Shown here: positions 36,895 through 46,607 of the stretch, one piece after another
How positions within the stretch are numbered: the stretch's first letter is position 1
Layout of the letters: each line of letters opens with the position of its first letter
Assembly: GCA_902629505.1 (NCBI GenBank)
Contig: CACORF010000003.1
Coordinates: forward strand, 11,939-75,938
Direction of reading: 5' to 3'
Origin: an uncultured Bacteroidota bacterium
GTDB lineage: Bacteria; Bacteroidota; Bacteroidia; Flavobacteriales; Flavobacteriaceae
Length of the DNA stretch: 64,000 nucleotides
Position numbers and translations under genes: made by a program
The notes under the pieces: model-generated
The model's input: the letters and a program-made list of their open reading frames with translations, nothing else
What the model was told of the DNA's origin: nothing
Databases searched by the model: none

Positions 36895-37942
36895 TATCCT
36901 CCAAAATCTTTAATGCTTTTTCAATTATTTCTTTTGGCTCAATTGATCTGAATGCACTTTCATAACCTTTTGGAATTTTATTTCCGAAAATTGATGTTGG
37001 GACTGCAGGGTACAAATTCCTATCTATCACAATTGAATTTTCCAGAGCTTGATCAAAAGGAGTGAATCCACAAAAAGGGTGAGTCATACCCCAAATTGTC
37101 AAAACAGGGACTCCAAAGTTTGCTGCAAGATGACCATTAGCTGAATCCATAGAAATCATTAGGTCGATATAATTAATAATATTTAATTGCTGAGCTAAAT
37201 TAAAGTCTTTTGAAACATCAAAAACATTTTCATAAGCTCTATCCCAAATTTCTATTTGCTTTAATTCATTTTCTCCTCCTCCAAAAAGATATACGCTATG
37301 AGTCTTTTGAAGATAAGCAATTACGTTTTGCATAAGATCTAATGGGTAGCTTTTACCTTGAAATGATGCAAAAGGTGCAACACCTATTTTCTTTTTGTTT
37401 ATACATAAAGAAAGTAGTTTTTGTTCCTTCATATCATTATCCAAGAAAGGTTTTATAGGATACTCATGATTTACTAAGTCAACTGGGAATCCTAATCTCC
37501 TAAAAACATCACAATATCTATACTGAACTGGAGTTAAAGGTTTAAATATTTTATTTTTTTTTCTTATTAATTTTTTTCTTTCTGATCTACCCTTTTTAAC
37601 AGACTGAACTTTTTTTAGTGTTATCCTGAATAAAAAATTCAAAAACTTAGTTCTTAAAACATTATGAAGATCTGCAACTGATTTTATATTTTTTTTTCTA
37701 AGTAACTTGAATAGGTTAAAAAGCCCTTTAACACCTTGATAATTTTTATTAAAATCTACCCCAATGAATTCTAAATTATCAAATTCATCAAAAAGTGGTT
37801 TAACATAATGTCTTGAGACAAATATGATTTTTTGATTAGGATATGATTTAAAAAAAGATCTTAGTACAGGGATTGTCATAGCAATATCACCAAGGGCAGA
37901 GAATCTATATACTAATAAGGGTTTATCCTTTTGCTGAGTCAT
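36875..37942 (-). CDS. Glycosyltransferase family 9 (LPS heptosyltransferase-like)
   Basis: 'LLVYRFSALGDIAMTIPVL' N-terminal GT9 signature and 'SMDSANGHLAANFGVPVLTIWG'. Confidence 0.8.
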   Translation of the reverse strand: MTQQKDKPLLVYRFSALGDIAMTIPVLRSFFKSYPNQKIIFVSRHYVKPLFDEFDNLEFIGVDFNKNYQGVKGLFNLFKLLRKKNIKSVADLHNVLRTKFLNFLFRITLKKVQSVKKGRSERKKLIRKKNKIFKPLTPVQYRYCDVFRRLGFPVDLVNHEYPIKPFLDNDMKEQKLLSLCINKKKIGVAPFASFQGKSYPLDLMQNVIAYLQKTHSVYLFGGGENELKQIEIWDRAYENVFDVSKDFNLAQQLNIINYIDLMISMDSANGHLAANFGVPVLTIWGMTHPFCGFTPFDQALENSIVIDRNLYPAVPTSIFGNKIPKGYESAFRSIEPKEIIEKALKILEDITPRHN

Positions 37943-38552
37943 CTTTTTTATACAAAACAGGATTTAATGATTCATCATTATACATTTTCATCTGTTTATA
38001 AACTCTCATCTTCTTAATACCTTTAGACAAATCCATTAATAGTTGATCTATTGATTCTGAAAGATCTTCTCGCTGTTCAATTAGAATATCTAGTTTTTTT
38101 TGACAATTATTTCTATGCTCATCTGTTACATCTTTTCTATTTGACTCCTCTTCCATATGATATATTTTTAAGATTAATATCGACAGCCTGTCTATTGCCC
38201 ATGCTGGACTCTCAGTATTTACTTTAGCATTTTCTATTGGGTTTACACTTGAATATAAGTTTAGAAAATATGAATCAATATACTCAACCATCTCGGTTCT
38301 ATTTTGATTTGAGCTGTCAATTAACCTTTTGAGCTTCATACCCTCATTTGGATCAATATCAGGATCACGAATAATATCCTCATAGTGCCACTGAACAGTA
38401 TCAATCCAATTCTTCTCATACATGAGATGTTCAAAACTTTTATTCTCAAAAGGATTACTTGGCTTACGATTTATATCATCATAAACATGATAATCATTTA
38501 CTGATTTTTCAAATATTTCTATTGCTTTCGAGCTGATTTTAATTTCTGTCAT
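37923..38552 (-). CDS. DUF4254-like protein of unknown function
   Basis: Soluble, helical and charged. By recollection, DUF4254 genes sit beside GT9 genes in Bacteroidota. Overlaps GT9 by 20 nt. Confidence 0.45.
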   Translation of the reverse strand: MTEIKISSKAIEIFEKSVNDYHVYDDINRKPSNPFENKSFEHLMYEKNWIDTVQWHYEDIIRDPDIDPNEGMKLKRLIDSSNQNRTEMVEYIDSYFLNLYSSVNPIENAKVNTESPAWAIDRLSILILKIYHMEEESNRKDVTDEHRNNCQKKLDILIEQREDLSESIDQLLMDLSKGIKKMRVYKQMKMYNDESLNPVLYKKDDSAKG

Positions 38553-39502
38553 ATGATGAATTTAAAAGTAAATGTCGATACAATTAAAGATATAAAGATA
38601 AGATTTACATAAATACTGTTAATTTTTTTTGTAAAAATTTGAGCAATGAAATAAACTATTATCAATGAAATATAATGAAACTCCGATCCACTAATACTTT
38701 GATTCACCATAAAAAATATTATAAATAAGAAAAAGAAAAAAACACCTATAATATCAAGTAGTCGTCTTTGAAATCCTACTGTCTTTCTTAGCTTAATTAC
38801 AACAGCTATTAAAAAATAAACAATAACAAGAATTAGAGGCCAAAATGAGGATTGAACTCCGAAATCATTCACCATAGAAACTTCTAGTTGATCTGAAGTA
38901 TCAAATAAATAGGAACTAAATAATTTACTGTCTAATTTCAAAAAGGAAAGAATTACATTAATAGTTGGTATAATAATAATTGGGGTTACAATAATTATTA
39001 TAAAGTATTTAATATCTCTCTTAATATTTCCTACAAATAAAATTATGATAGGTACTAGTAGAATAAAAATATTTTCTAAAATTAATACAGAGGAAATGGT
39101 GATAAGGAGAACAGCATCAAAGAGTCTTTTTATTTTTTCTTGATTATTTGTTGTCTCAATAAACAATCTAGTATTTCTCCAGGCAGACCAAATTGCTGCT
39201 GAGCCAAGAATAAATCTCATATCTATTGATTCTAATGGAAAAGAAAAAATCACTAATGGATACAATAAGAGATGATAAGCATTTCTATTTGACCTTTCAA
39301 TTGTAAGTTGCCTTGTGACAGTGTCAATTGAATAATTTGAAAGCATTAAGGCACCAAAAACTAATATTCCATTTAAAATTTTAGATTCAAAAAAAGACCA
39401 TGTGATATCAAGGGTAGTGTAATAATATGATAATCCTATTAATAAAATAGATGAAACAATTAATGAAGTATAATTAAATTGTTGAAATGCTTTTGCAATC
39501 AT
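38549..39502 (-). CDS. Polytopic integral membrane protein of unknown function
   Basis: About 9-10 hydrophobic segments. 4-nt overlap with the downstream DUF4254-like gene. Confidence 0.5.
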   Translation of the reverse strand: MIAKAFQQFNYTSLIVSSILLIGLSYYYTTLDITWSFFESKILNGILVFGALMLSNYSIDTVTRQLTIERSNRNAYHLLLYPLVIFSFPLESIDMRFILGSAAIWSAWRNTRLFIETTNNQEKIKRLFDAVLLITISSVLILENIFILLVPIIILFVGNIKRDIKYFIIIIVTPIIIIPTINVILSFLKLDSKLFSSYLFDTSDQLEVSMVNDFGVQSSFWPLILVIVYFLIAVVIKLRKTVGFQRRLLDIIGVFFFFLFIIFFMVNQSISGSEFHYISLIIVYFIAQIFTKKINSIYVNLIFISLIVSTFTFKFII

Positions 39503-39514
39503 ATTTCAATGTAT

Positions 39515-39522
39515 TAATTTTG
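39515..39522 (+). promoter_or_regulatory. Candidate -7 box TAATTTTG for the small membrane-protein gene
   Basis: Exact TAnnTTTG, 16 nt upstream of ATG 39539. Confidence 0.3.
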
Positions 39523-39538
39523 TGTTATAATTTAAATT

Positions 39539-39772
39539 ATGGTTAAAGATTTTTTTTATTCACTAGGTTGGTTTTTTCAAGAAGTACTATTCTTTCCTTT
39601 CGATCTTCTTAGAAGTATACAGTTTGAAAGTTGGTATATAGCTAACATTGTAAGCTGGACATTTATATTAATTGGAATTGTTGGAGCAGCTTATTGGTTA
39701 AAAAAATTAAAAGAGTTCGATGACAATGATGAAGAAAATAAAGACATTACTTCGCATTCTTTTCTAAAATAA
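39539..39772 (+). CDS. Small (77 aa) two-TM membrane protein, conserved-looking in Flavobacteriia
   Basis: 'FFPFDLLRSIQFESWYIANIVSWTFILIGIVGAAYWLKKLKEFDDNDEE' resembles a small family I recall from flavobacterial genomes. Function unknown. Confidence 0.45.
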   Translation: MVKDFFYSLGWFFQEVLFFPFDLLRSIQFESWYIANIVSWTFILIGIVGAAYWLKKLKEFDDNDEENKDITSHSFLK

Positions 39773-41038
39773 ATCAAAACCTATATCTTTTCTATAATTC
39801 ATTCCATCAAAATTTATTTTATCAATTTGAGAGTAAGAACTTTTTAAAGCTTGCTTAAAATCTTTTGCCATAGACGTTACTGCTAAAACTCTTCCACCGT
39901 TAGTAAGAAAAGTATTATCCTTTTTAATTGTCCCTGCATGAAAGATTAAATCATTTGACAAATCATTTAAACCAGTTATAGTTTTTCCCTTTTCATATGA
40001 CTCAGGATAACCACCTGACACCAATATAACTGTAGCAGCATGTTTGTTGTTAATACTTAATTTGGTATCATTAAAACTTGATGTTCCCATTGAATCAAAT
40101 AGTTCAAGTATGTCATTGTTTAGTCTTGGAAACACAACCTCTGTCTCTGGATCTCCCATCCTTACATTATATTCTATAACATATGGCTCATCTTTTACTT
40201 TTATTAATCCTATAAAAATAAATCCGTTATATGACATCTTTTCTTTAATTATACCATTAACAGTTGGTTTAATTATTTTATTTTGAATTTTAGATAAAAA
40301 ATTATCGTCAAGAAAAGGAACAGGAGAAATGGCCCCCATCCCTCCAGTATTTAATCCTGTATCACCTTCTCCAATTTTTTTGTAATCTTTAGCGAACGGA
40401 AAAACTTTGTAATTAATACCATCGGTTAAAACAAAACAAGAAAGCTCAATACCATCTAGAAATTCCTCAATAACTACTTTTGCAGATGAGTCTCCAAATT
40501 TTTTTTCTAATATCATGCTTCTTAACTCCGATTTTGCCTCATACAAATCTTCAATAATTAAAACACCTTTACCAGCTGCTAAACCATCTGCCTTGAGAAC
40601 ATATGGCGGCTTCATACTCTCTAAAAATTTATCTGCCTTATCCAGGTTTTCAGTGGAAAAGGTTTTATGTTTTGCTGTTGGTATGTTATACTTTTCCATA
40701 AAATTTTTAGCAAAATCTTTACTTCCTTCAAGATAACCTGCTTGTTTACTTGGTGCAATAATATTTATGTTTTTAAGTTGAGGATCAGATTTAAAAAAGT
40801 CGTATATACCATTAACAATTGGATCTTCGGGCCCTACAAAAACAAGTGATATCTTATTTTTTAAACTAATTTTCTTAATGAGCTCAAAGTCATTTACATC
40901 GCCTATAACATTTTCTGCTAATAATTCTGTTCCACCATTTCCAGGTAAAGCAAAAATTTTTGAACATCTTTTACTTTTGGATATGCTATTTATTATTGCA
41001 TGTTCTCTTCCGCCTGAGCCAATAATTAAAATATTCAT
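39764..41038 (-). CDS. purD: Phosphoribosylamine--glycine ligase
   Basis: 'MNILIIGSGGREHAI', 'KADGLAAGKGV', 'EYNVRMGDPETEVV' and 'GGRVLAVT'. Confidence 0.95.
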   Translation of the reverse strand: MNILIIGSGGREHAIINSISKSKRCSKIFALPGNGGTELLAENVIGDVNDFELIKKISLKNKISLVFVGPEDPIVNGIYDFFKSDPQLKNINIIAPSKQAGYLEGSKDFAKNFMEKYNIPTAKHKTFSTENLDKADKFLESMKPPYVLKADGLAAGKGVLIIEDLYEAKSELRSMILEKKFGDSSAKVVIEEFLDGIELSCFVLTDGINYKVFPFAKDYKKIGEGDTGLNTGGMGAISPVPFLDDNFLSKIQNKIIKPTVNGIIKEKMSYNGFIFIGLIKVKDEPYVIEYNVRMGDPETEVVFPRLNNDILELFDSMGTSSFNDTKLSINNKHAATVILVSGGYPESYEKGKTITGLNDLSNDLIFHAGTIKKDNTFLTNGGRVLAVTSMAKDFKQALKSSYSQIDKINFDGMNYRKDIGFDLF

Positions 41039-41964
41039 TAAACTTTAAACTTATTAATTAATTGGTTTATCTTTTTGATGTAAATCATATGGTTTTCCAT
41101 AATTTGAATTGTATCTAAATTAATCATAAAAAAGTCGTTAAGGCACACTGTGTTAAAATAATTTTTTAAACCAGATAATCTCATTTTATGATTACTATGT
41201 TCAAGACCCTCATTGATAAAGATGACCTTTAATCCCATTGCTAAAGCTGGCAAAGCAGCGTGAATTCTTGAGGTAATTATTATCTTACTTTCAGCAATTT
41301 TCTGAAGCATATTTTCAGCAAGCTCTAAGCCTTTAGCGTGAGAATCAATTGGTTTTTTTGTGATTTGATCAAAATTTTTAATTTTAAAATTTTGCCTTTT
41401 TAAATGTTTATTGAATTTATAAAGCTTAATCTGATAATTAAAAAATTTTAATGGATATCTAAATATAGACAAAAGAAATTTTGATGAAGATTTATAGTCT
41501 AAAAATGGTTTAAGCCTATCAAATGCTCCAATTACAATTATTCCCTCTGGTTGTTTCTCAAGATAATTTTTTCTTTCAATCCCTAACGTTACACATGATG
41601 AAAAATATGCATTTATTCCATTTTCAATCAAAAGATCTCTTGTGTAGTAGTCTCTACATCCTATAGGCTCATGCTTTTTAAAATAATCGATTGAATCTTG
41701 ACTTATGAATGACTCTTTAACAGATGGATTGATATGAAAAGATATAAATAGTGGGTCTATATTATTACTAGGTGGCCAATTTTCAGGGCTCTCCATAAAC
41801 CAACCATTCACTATTGTTTTTATTCGATTTCCTTTATAATTATTTAGTTTTTCTCTATCGAGAATTTTAATATTTTGTGTTTTTAAAATATCAATAACAG
41901 CTTTTGTTTGAATATAATCTCCAATATTTTTAGATCCCGTAAACCCTAATACCCCTATTTCCAT
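41038..41964 (-). CDS. Polysaccharide pyruvyl transferase-family protein
   Basis: 'IGVLGFTGSKNIGDYIQTKAV' N-terminal motif and 'IITSRIHAALPALAMG'. 1-nt stop/start overlaps on both sides. Confidence 0.6.
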   Translation of the reverse strand: MEIGVLGFTGSKNIGDYIQTKAVIDILKTQNIKILDREKLNNYKGNRIKTIVNGWFMESPENWPPSNNIDPLFISFHINPSVKESFISQDSIDYFKKHEPIGCRDYYTRDLLIENGINAYFSSCVTLGIERKNYLEKQPEGIIVIGAFDRLKPFLDYKSSSKFLLSIFRYPLKFFNYQIKLYKFNKHLKRQNFKIKNFDQITKKPIDSHAKGLELAENMLQKIAESKIIITSRIHAALPALAMGLKVIFINEGLEHSNHKMRLSGLKNYFNTVCLNDFFMINLDTIQIMENHMIYIKKINQLINKFKV

Positions 41965-43010
41965 TATTCAATGCTTTCTTTTATTTTTTCAATCCTTCTA
42001 GATATATCAAACTTTGATATTATTCTATTCCTGGCCTGTTTTGAGTCTTTGTCACCTATACCTGAAAGTATAAAGTCTTTAACCTGAACTAGATCATTTT
42101 CATTATCAAACAGTATTCCAGTATTGCCAATTATATCTGGAATACCAAAAACTTTAGAGCCAATTGGAATACATCCGCATAACATTGCCTCACAGACAGA
42201 ATTAGGAAGGCCTTCAAGTCTTGAACCCTGAAAATAAAATTTATTTTTTTGATAGAGCTGTTTCATTTGAGTGCTCGTTTGAACTCCTAGCACATTAACG
42301 TTAGGATTTAAGTTTATGAATTTATCTATTTGAATTTTTGTCTCTCCTACTACTGTGAATGGAATATCGGGTAATAAATATGCTAATTCGTTAAAAATCT
42401 TTAAGCCTTTAATGTTTATGACTCGTTCGTCTGAGAAATAGGCAGCTGTCATCACACCAATTTTTTCATTGTTCCTGTCATAATCCCAAAATCTAACATC
42501 ATATCCCGTGCTAATTTCCTTAATAACCAGTTTTTTGTTGTTTGTAAAACTCCTAACTCCTGATATAATATTAAACTTCTCCTTAGCATAACTACAACCT
42601 TCTTCTAAAGATTTATGGACTACCCATATTTCACTAACTAAGCTATAATTTATTTTAGCTAATGTTGACCTAATCCCTTTTTTAAAAAATAATCCATGCC
42701 TATTCTGCTTGTCTACAATAGCATCATATCCTCCTACAATTATCACGGATTTTTTTAAAAAAAGCTTTGAAAAAAGAATTGGTATAAAAGCATGATAATC
42801 ATTAAACCAAATAATTACTATTTTCGATCTGGATACATATAGAATTGACTTTATTTTTTCTTTTATCCTGTTTATTATAAAAGACATTAATGTTTTTTTT
42901 GGACTAGATTGGATTTGAAAAACATTATAGTCCAATGCCTCTAGAATTGAAATATCTGATTTAACAAAACTTCTTTTAATTGAATAAACTATTGTAGCAT
43001 TCTTTTTCAA
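41964..43010 (-). CDS. Glycosyltransferase family 4 (GT-B fold)
   Basis: 'GSRLEGLPNSVCEAMLCGCIPIGS' E-x7-E region. Confidence 0.8.
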   Translation of the reverse strand: MKKNATIVYSIKRSFVKSDISILEALDYNVFQIQSSPKKTLMSFIINRIKEKIKSILYVSRSKIVIIWFNDYHAFIPILFSKLFLKKSVIIVGGYDAIVDKQNRHGLFFKKGIRSTLAKINYSLVSEIWVVHKSLEEGCSYAKEKFNIISGVRSFTNNKKLVIKEISTGYDVRFWDYDRNNEKIGVMTAAYFSDERVINIKGLKIFNELAYLLPDIPFTVVGETKIQIDKFINLNPNVNVLGVQTSTQMKQLYQKNKFYFQGSRLEGLPNSVCEAMLCGCIPIGSKVFGIPDIIGNTGILFDNENDLVQVKDFILSGIGDKDSKQARNRIISKFDISRRIEKIKESIE

Positions 43011-44500
43011 GAGTTAAAGGCATTTAATTTGTCTGCAATTTTTCTATCATTTGAAAGCCTGGGAACTTTATTTTGTCCCCCCAATCTACCAACTGATTTC
43101 ATATAGTCATTAAACCCGCCTTTTTTAACCGAGATTACCTCTAATGGCTTTATTATTCCACCATAAATTAAGTCTCTATAATAAATGTTTTGATCTAGCA
43201 TTTCTGTTTCTAATGTTTTTGAAAAAGCATTTATGTCTTTTGGCTGAGTTTCAAATTCAATATACCATTCATGACATGGTAGGCCTTCTTTAGGATTTAT
43301 ATTTGGGGCAACCGTAAACTCTCTTATTGTTACACCATGATTCTTTGTAGCAATCTTCATTGAATTCTCAACCTCTTCAGAGATAACATGCTCTCCAAAT
43401 GCCGATAAAAAGTGCTTTATTCGTCCTGACACAATTATTTTATATGGCTTAGTTGAAGTAAATTTTATAGTGTCTCCAATATTATAACCCCAAAGACCAG
43501 CAGATGTAGATATAATTAAAAGGTAGTTTTCATTAACCTGAACGTCTTTAAGTGTTATTCTTTCGTATTCTCCTTTTAAAAAATCTTCAGCTTTAATGAA
43601 TTCATAAAATATATCGTTATTCAGCAACAATAATAAATCAGTATTTTCATCTGTAAAATTATATTGATATCCGAAAAAACCTTCTGATGCAGGGAAAGTT
43701 GCTAATGTATCAACGTTTTTTCCAAATAATTTATCAAAAGTTGACTTATAAGGATCGTAACTTACACCGCCATATACATAAAGTGATAAATCTGGAAAAA
43801 CTTCCTTTATTGATTTATTTTCATTACTAACAATTCTTTCAAAATACATCTGAACCCATGATGGAATTCCAGCTATAATTGTCATTTTTTCTCCAACAGT
43901 TTCTTTAATTATGTTTTCAACTTTTTCTTCCCAATCTTCAATGCAGTTTGTTTTCCATGAAGGCTTTCTGTTGTTTATAAAAAGTTTTGGAATATAATGT
44001 GCGCTAATACCAGAAAGTCGTCCTATAAAAACTCCATTTTTTTTTTCGAGTTTGGGACTACCTTGCAAAAACATATGTTTTCCATTTATTGGTTTATAAT
44101 TTTTTGTCTTCAAAAAATAATTTAACAGGGCATCACGCGCTGAATTAATATGGGTCTTGATTGATTCTTTTGTTATAGGTATATATTTGGCACCTGAGGT
44201 TGTTCCACTGGTTTTTGCAAAATAAAGTGGTTTTCCAGGCCAAAGTATGTTTTTTTCTCCAGAAATTACTTTATCAACATAAGGCTTTAAGCCTTCATAA
44301 TCTCTTATTGGTACTTGATTTTTAAAATCCTCGTAATTTTTTATAGTAGAAAATTTATGGTCTCTACCAAACTCGGTATTGGTTGCTTTTAACAATAATT
44401 TGTCGAAAGTTTTAGCTTGTGCTTCAAGAGGGTTAGAAATCCATTTATTGTTTCTTTTTTTTACTACTCTAGCAAAAATTAATGTAATTAAAGTTTTCAT
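43007..44500 (-). CDS. GH3 (auxin-responsive promoter) family adenylate-forming enzyme
   Basis: 'YFAKTSGTTSGAKYIPIT' (acyl-adenylate P-loop-like) and 'GLWGYNIGD'. This family is common in Bacteroidota and has no known function there. Confidence 0.7.
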   Translation of the reverse strand: MKTLITLIFARVVKKRNNKWISNPLEAQAKTFDKLLLKATNTEFGRDHKFSTIKNYEDFKNQVPIRDYEGLKPYVDKVISGEKNILWPGKPLYFAKTSGTTSGAKYIPITKESIKTHINSARDALLNYFLKTKNYKPINGKHMFLQGSPKLEKKNGVFIGRLSGISAHYIPKLFINNRKPSWKTNCIEDWEEKVENIIKETVGEKMTIIAGIPSWVQMYFERIVSNENKSIKEVFPDLSLYVYGGVSYDPYKSTFDKLFGKNVDTLATFPASEGFFGYQYNFTDENTDLLLLLNNDIFYEFIKAEDFLKGEYERITLKDVQVNENYLLIISTSAGLWGYNIGDTIKFTSTKPYKIIVSGRIKHFLSAFGEHVISEEVENSMKIATKNHGVTIREFTVAPNINPKEGLPCHEWYIEFETQPKDINAFSKTLETEMLDQNIYYRDLIYGGIIKPLEVISVKKGGFNDYMKSVGRLGGQNKVPRLSNDRKIADKLNAFNS

Positions 44501-45358
44501 TTAAAACTCAATATAGCTTTGGGGGTCAACAGGCTCTCCCTGATACCACAACTCAAAATGAAGATGTGGGCCAGTGGTTAATTCACCCGTATTTCCAGTA
44601 AATGCAATTATTTCTCCAGTATCAACTCTGTCCCCTTGATTCTTGACAATTGAGGAGTTATGTTTATAAATTGATGTTAGACCGTTTAGATGTTCAATTA
44701 TAATTACAAACCCTGTTGCTGAAGTCCATTCAGAAAAAACAACAATTCCTTCACTAATTGAATGAACAGGTGAATTCTCGGGCATAACTATATCTACACC
44801 ATAGTGTTTACTATTTAAATCAAAAGCTGATGAAAGTCCACCTTTAACAGGGGGGAAAAGCACAGTTGTAAATCTCTCTCCCTGAATGTCAAATGCATTA
44901 TACTTATCCTCCTCCTCAACAAGCGCTCTTAACAATGAATCGTCCTGATTAGTCTCAACAATCTCTAATTCAATAATTGTATTTTCACTTCTGTTTAAAT
45001 TCTCATCTAATTCTTCATAAGAAATGTTTCCAGAAAGCAAATCTTTTAATGAATTTAAATAATTACTCTGCATAATGTATAGGTTCTCTAAAGAATCTAA
45101 TTTAATAGAGTTTTCAACTGAATTCTGTCTTAACTCTTCGCTTGTGTAACCTCTAAAATATTCTTTTAACGGTGTGAAATATATCAGCAGAAAAGAAGCC
45201 GAAAGAATTACTAAAAATGCAATAAAAGAAGAAGCAACAAGATTGAATGTTGATGATGAGATAAGTTTTCTTTTTTCAAGAGTTTTTTCATTAACTAAAA
45301 GTATATGGAACCTTTCAGAAAGTTTATCAATTATAGTATGTTTTTTATTTTTTGGCAT
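44501..45358 (-). CDS. M23-family metallopeptidase with an N-terminal membrane anchor
   Basis: 'HYGVDI', 'GNTGELTTGPHLHFELW' and one TM segment. Confidence 0.85.
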   Translation of the reverse strand: MPKNKKHTIIDKLSERFHILLVNEKTLEKRKLISSSTFNLVASSFIAFLVILSASFLLIYFTPLKEYFRGYTSEELRQNSVENSIKLDSLENLYIMQSNYLNSLKDLLSGNISYEELDENLNRSENTIIELEIVETNQDDSLLRALVEEEDKYNAFDIQGERFTTVLFPPVKGGLSSAFDLNSKHYGVDIVMPENSPVHSISEGIVVFSEWTSATGFVIIIEHLNGLTSIYKHNSSIVKNQGDRVDTGEIIAFTGNTGELTTGPHLHFELWYQGEPVDPQSYIEF

Positions 45359-45363
45359 TAATG

Positions 45364-45371
45364 CAAATATA
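45364..45371 (-). promoter_or_regulatory. Candidate -7 box (TATATTTG on the minus strand), 5 nt from the M23 start codon
   Basis: Plus-strand CAAATATA at 45364-45371. ATG at 45358-45356. Confidence 0.3.
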
Positions 45372-45432
45372 TGTATAGTTCAGCATAAGTTATTATATGA
45401 ATAATAAATTCACATTACAAAAAATAATTCAG

Positions 45433-45440
45433 TAAATTTG
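45433..45440 (+). promoter_or_regulatory. Candidate -7 box TAAATTTG for tatA
   Basis: Exact TAnnTTTG, 31 nt upstream of ATG 45472. Confidence 0.3.
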
Positions 45441-45471
45441 TTTTTAGAACTTAGTTCAAAATTTTATAGAT

Positions 45472-45624
45472 ATGATAGGTGGACCTCAAATTATTCTGAT
45501 AGTTATTGTTGTTCTTTTACTATTTGGTGGTAGAAAAATTCCTGAGCTCATGAGAGGGCTTGGAAGTGGTATCAAGGAATTTAAAAAAGCTACTAAAGAA
45601 GAAGATGATGATTCAAAAGAATAG
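45472..45624 (+). CDS. tatA: Twin-arginine translocase subunit TatA/E (50 aa; below the ORF-track size cutoff)
   Basis: My translation: [50 protein letters not shown]. This is the canonical TatA TM helix, 'FGxxKLPEL' hinge and amphipathic helix. Confidence 0.85.
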   Translation: MIGGPQIILIVIVVLLLFGGRKIPELMRGLGSGIKEFKKATKEEDDDSKE

Positions 45625-45629
45625 TATCT

Positions 45630-46607
45630 CTATTTAACAAGCTTCATCGTAGTTATAATCGTGTTTAATTCAAACATGTAATCTCTTTTGCTTTCTGATG
45701 GTGCAAATGAAAAACCCTCAATTACTATATTTCTATTATTTAATGTGTCTTTAATAATATAATTGACATAAGGCCCTGCCATAAAATCATTTTGAACCTC
45801 CCAAGTCCCTTTTGTCAAGATGGCGTCTAAATTATTAACTTTTGTTTTATAATAATAAGGAAGGTATGCTCTCTCAGTAATCATGTATGAACCTGGAACT
45901 CTTCCTGGTACGTATATTTGTCCAATTGAGTCTCTTATTGCTGGTATTCTTTCTTCTATTTTTTTTAAATCAATATTAATAGGCAGTGTGTAAGCGATAA
46001 TATTTAAATGTCCTTTGACTACTTGTTTTTCAATCCACACAAAATTAGTGGTGTCTTTAACTGTAGAGTATGCATCTGGAAAAGTAAGATTAATTCCAAA
46101 ACGATCTTTTAACTGTGGGTCATCATTAAGTGACTTAGTCATTCTACGAATTTTTTCAACTCTTTCATTTTCAGAAATTGATCGAATTAATAGATCTTTG
46201 TTTTCATCAAAATAAAAATTCATTATATCCTCATCCTCTCCGGTTATCAAAGCTGTTACCTGAGGTCTTGCCCAGAGATTTTTAATCAGCCTAAACCCTT
46301 GACCTACTGTGTCTTTATTAAAGACAATTATATTTCTACTACTTCTTGCAAAGCCTTTAAAGATTGATGGTTGAAGATAATACAAATCATATTTTGGTTC
46401 GTCAAATGGAAGCCCCTCATAAGGCTCCATCAATGATTCTTTAACATTGTTTCCAAGTCTCCCTTCCCATAGGCTATTATTCATTACAACAGTCAGAGCA
46501 TTAATATTACCATTCGATTCCGGCACATATGCATTAGAGCCATTTGATTGACATGAAATGAAAATCATGCAAGTTATTATTGCTGTAATTTTATTCTTTA
46601 AGTTCAT
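45630..46607 (-). CDS. Uncharacterised lipoprotein (possibly DUF4837-like)
   Basis: Lipobox MIFISC. No catalytic motif recognised. 4-nt overlap with the pgk stop. Confidence 0.4.
   Translation of the reverse strand: MNLKNKITAIITCMIFISCQSNGSNAYVPESNGNINALTVVMNNSLWEGRLGNNVKESLMEPYEGLPFDEPKYDLYYLQPSIFKGFARSSRNIIVFNKDTVGQGFRLIKNLWARPQVTALITGEDEDIMNFYFDENKDLLIRSISENERVEKIRRMTKSLNDDPQLKDRFGINLTFPDAYSTVKDTTNFVWIEKQVVKGHLNIIAYTLPINIDLKKIEERIPAIRDSIGQIYVPGRVPGSYMITERAYLPYYYKTKVNNLDAILTKGTWEVQNDFMAGPYVNYIIKDTLNNRNIVIEGFSFAPSESKRDYMFELNTIITTMKLVK

Noticed and set aside
45619-45634. A 5-bp inverted repeat (aatag / ctatt) spanning the tatA stop and the stop of the convergent lipoprotein gene, as a bidirectional terminator.
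   Set aside because: The stem is only 5 bp and entirely A/T-rich apart from one G-C pair, with no flanking U-run. It is too weak to call.
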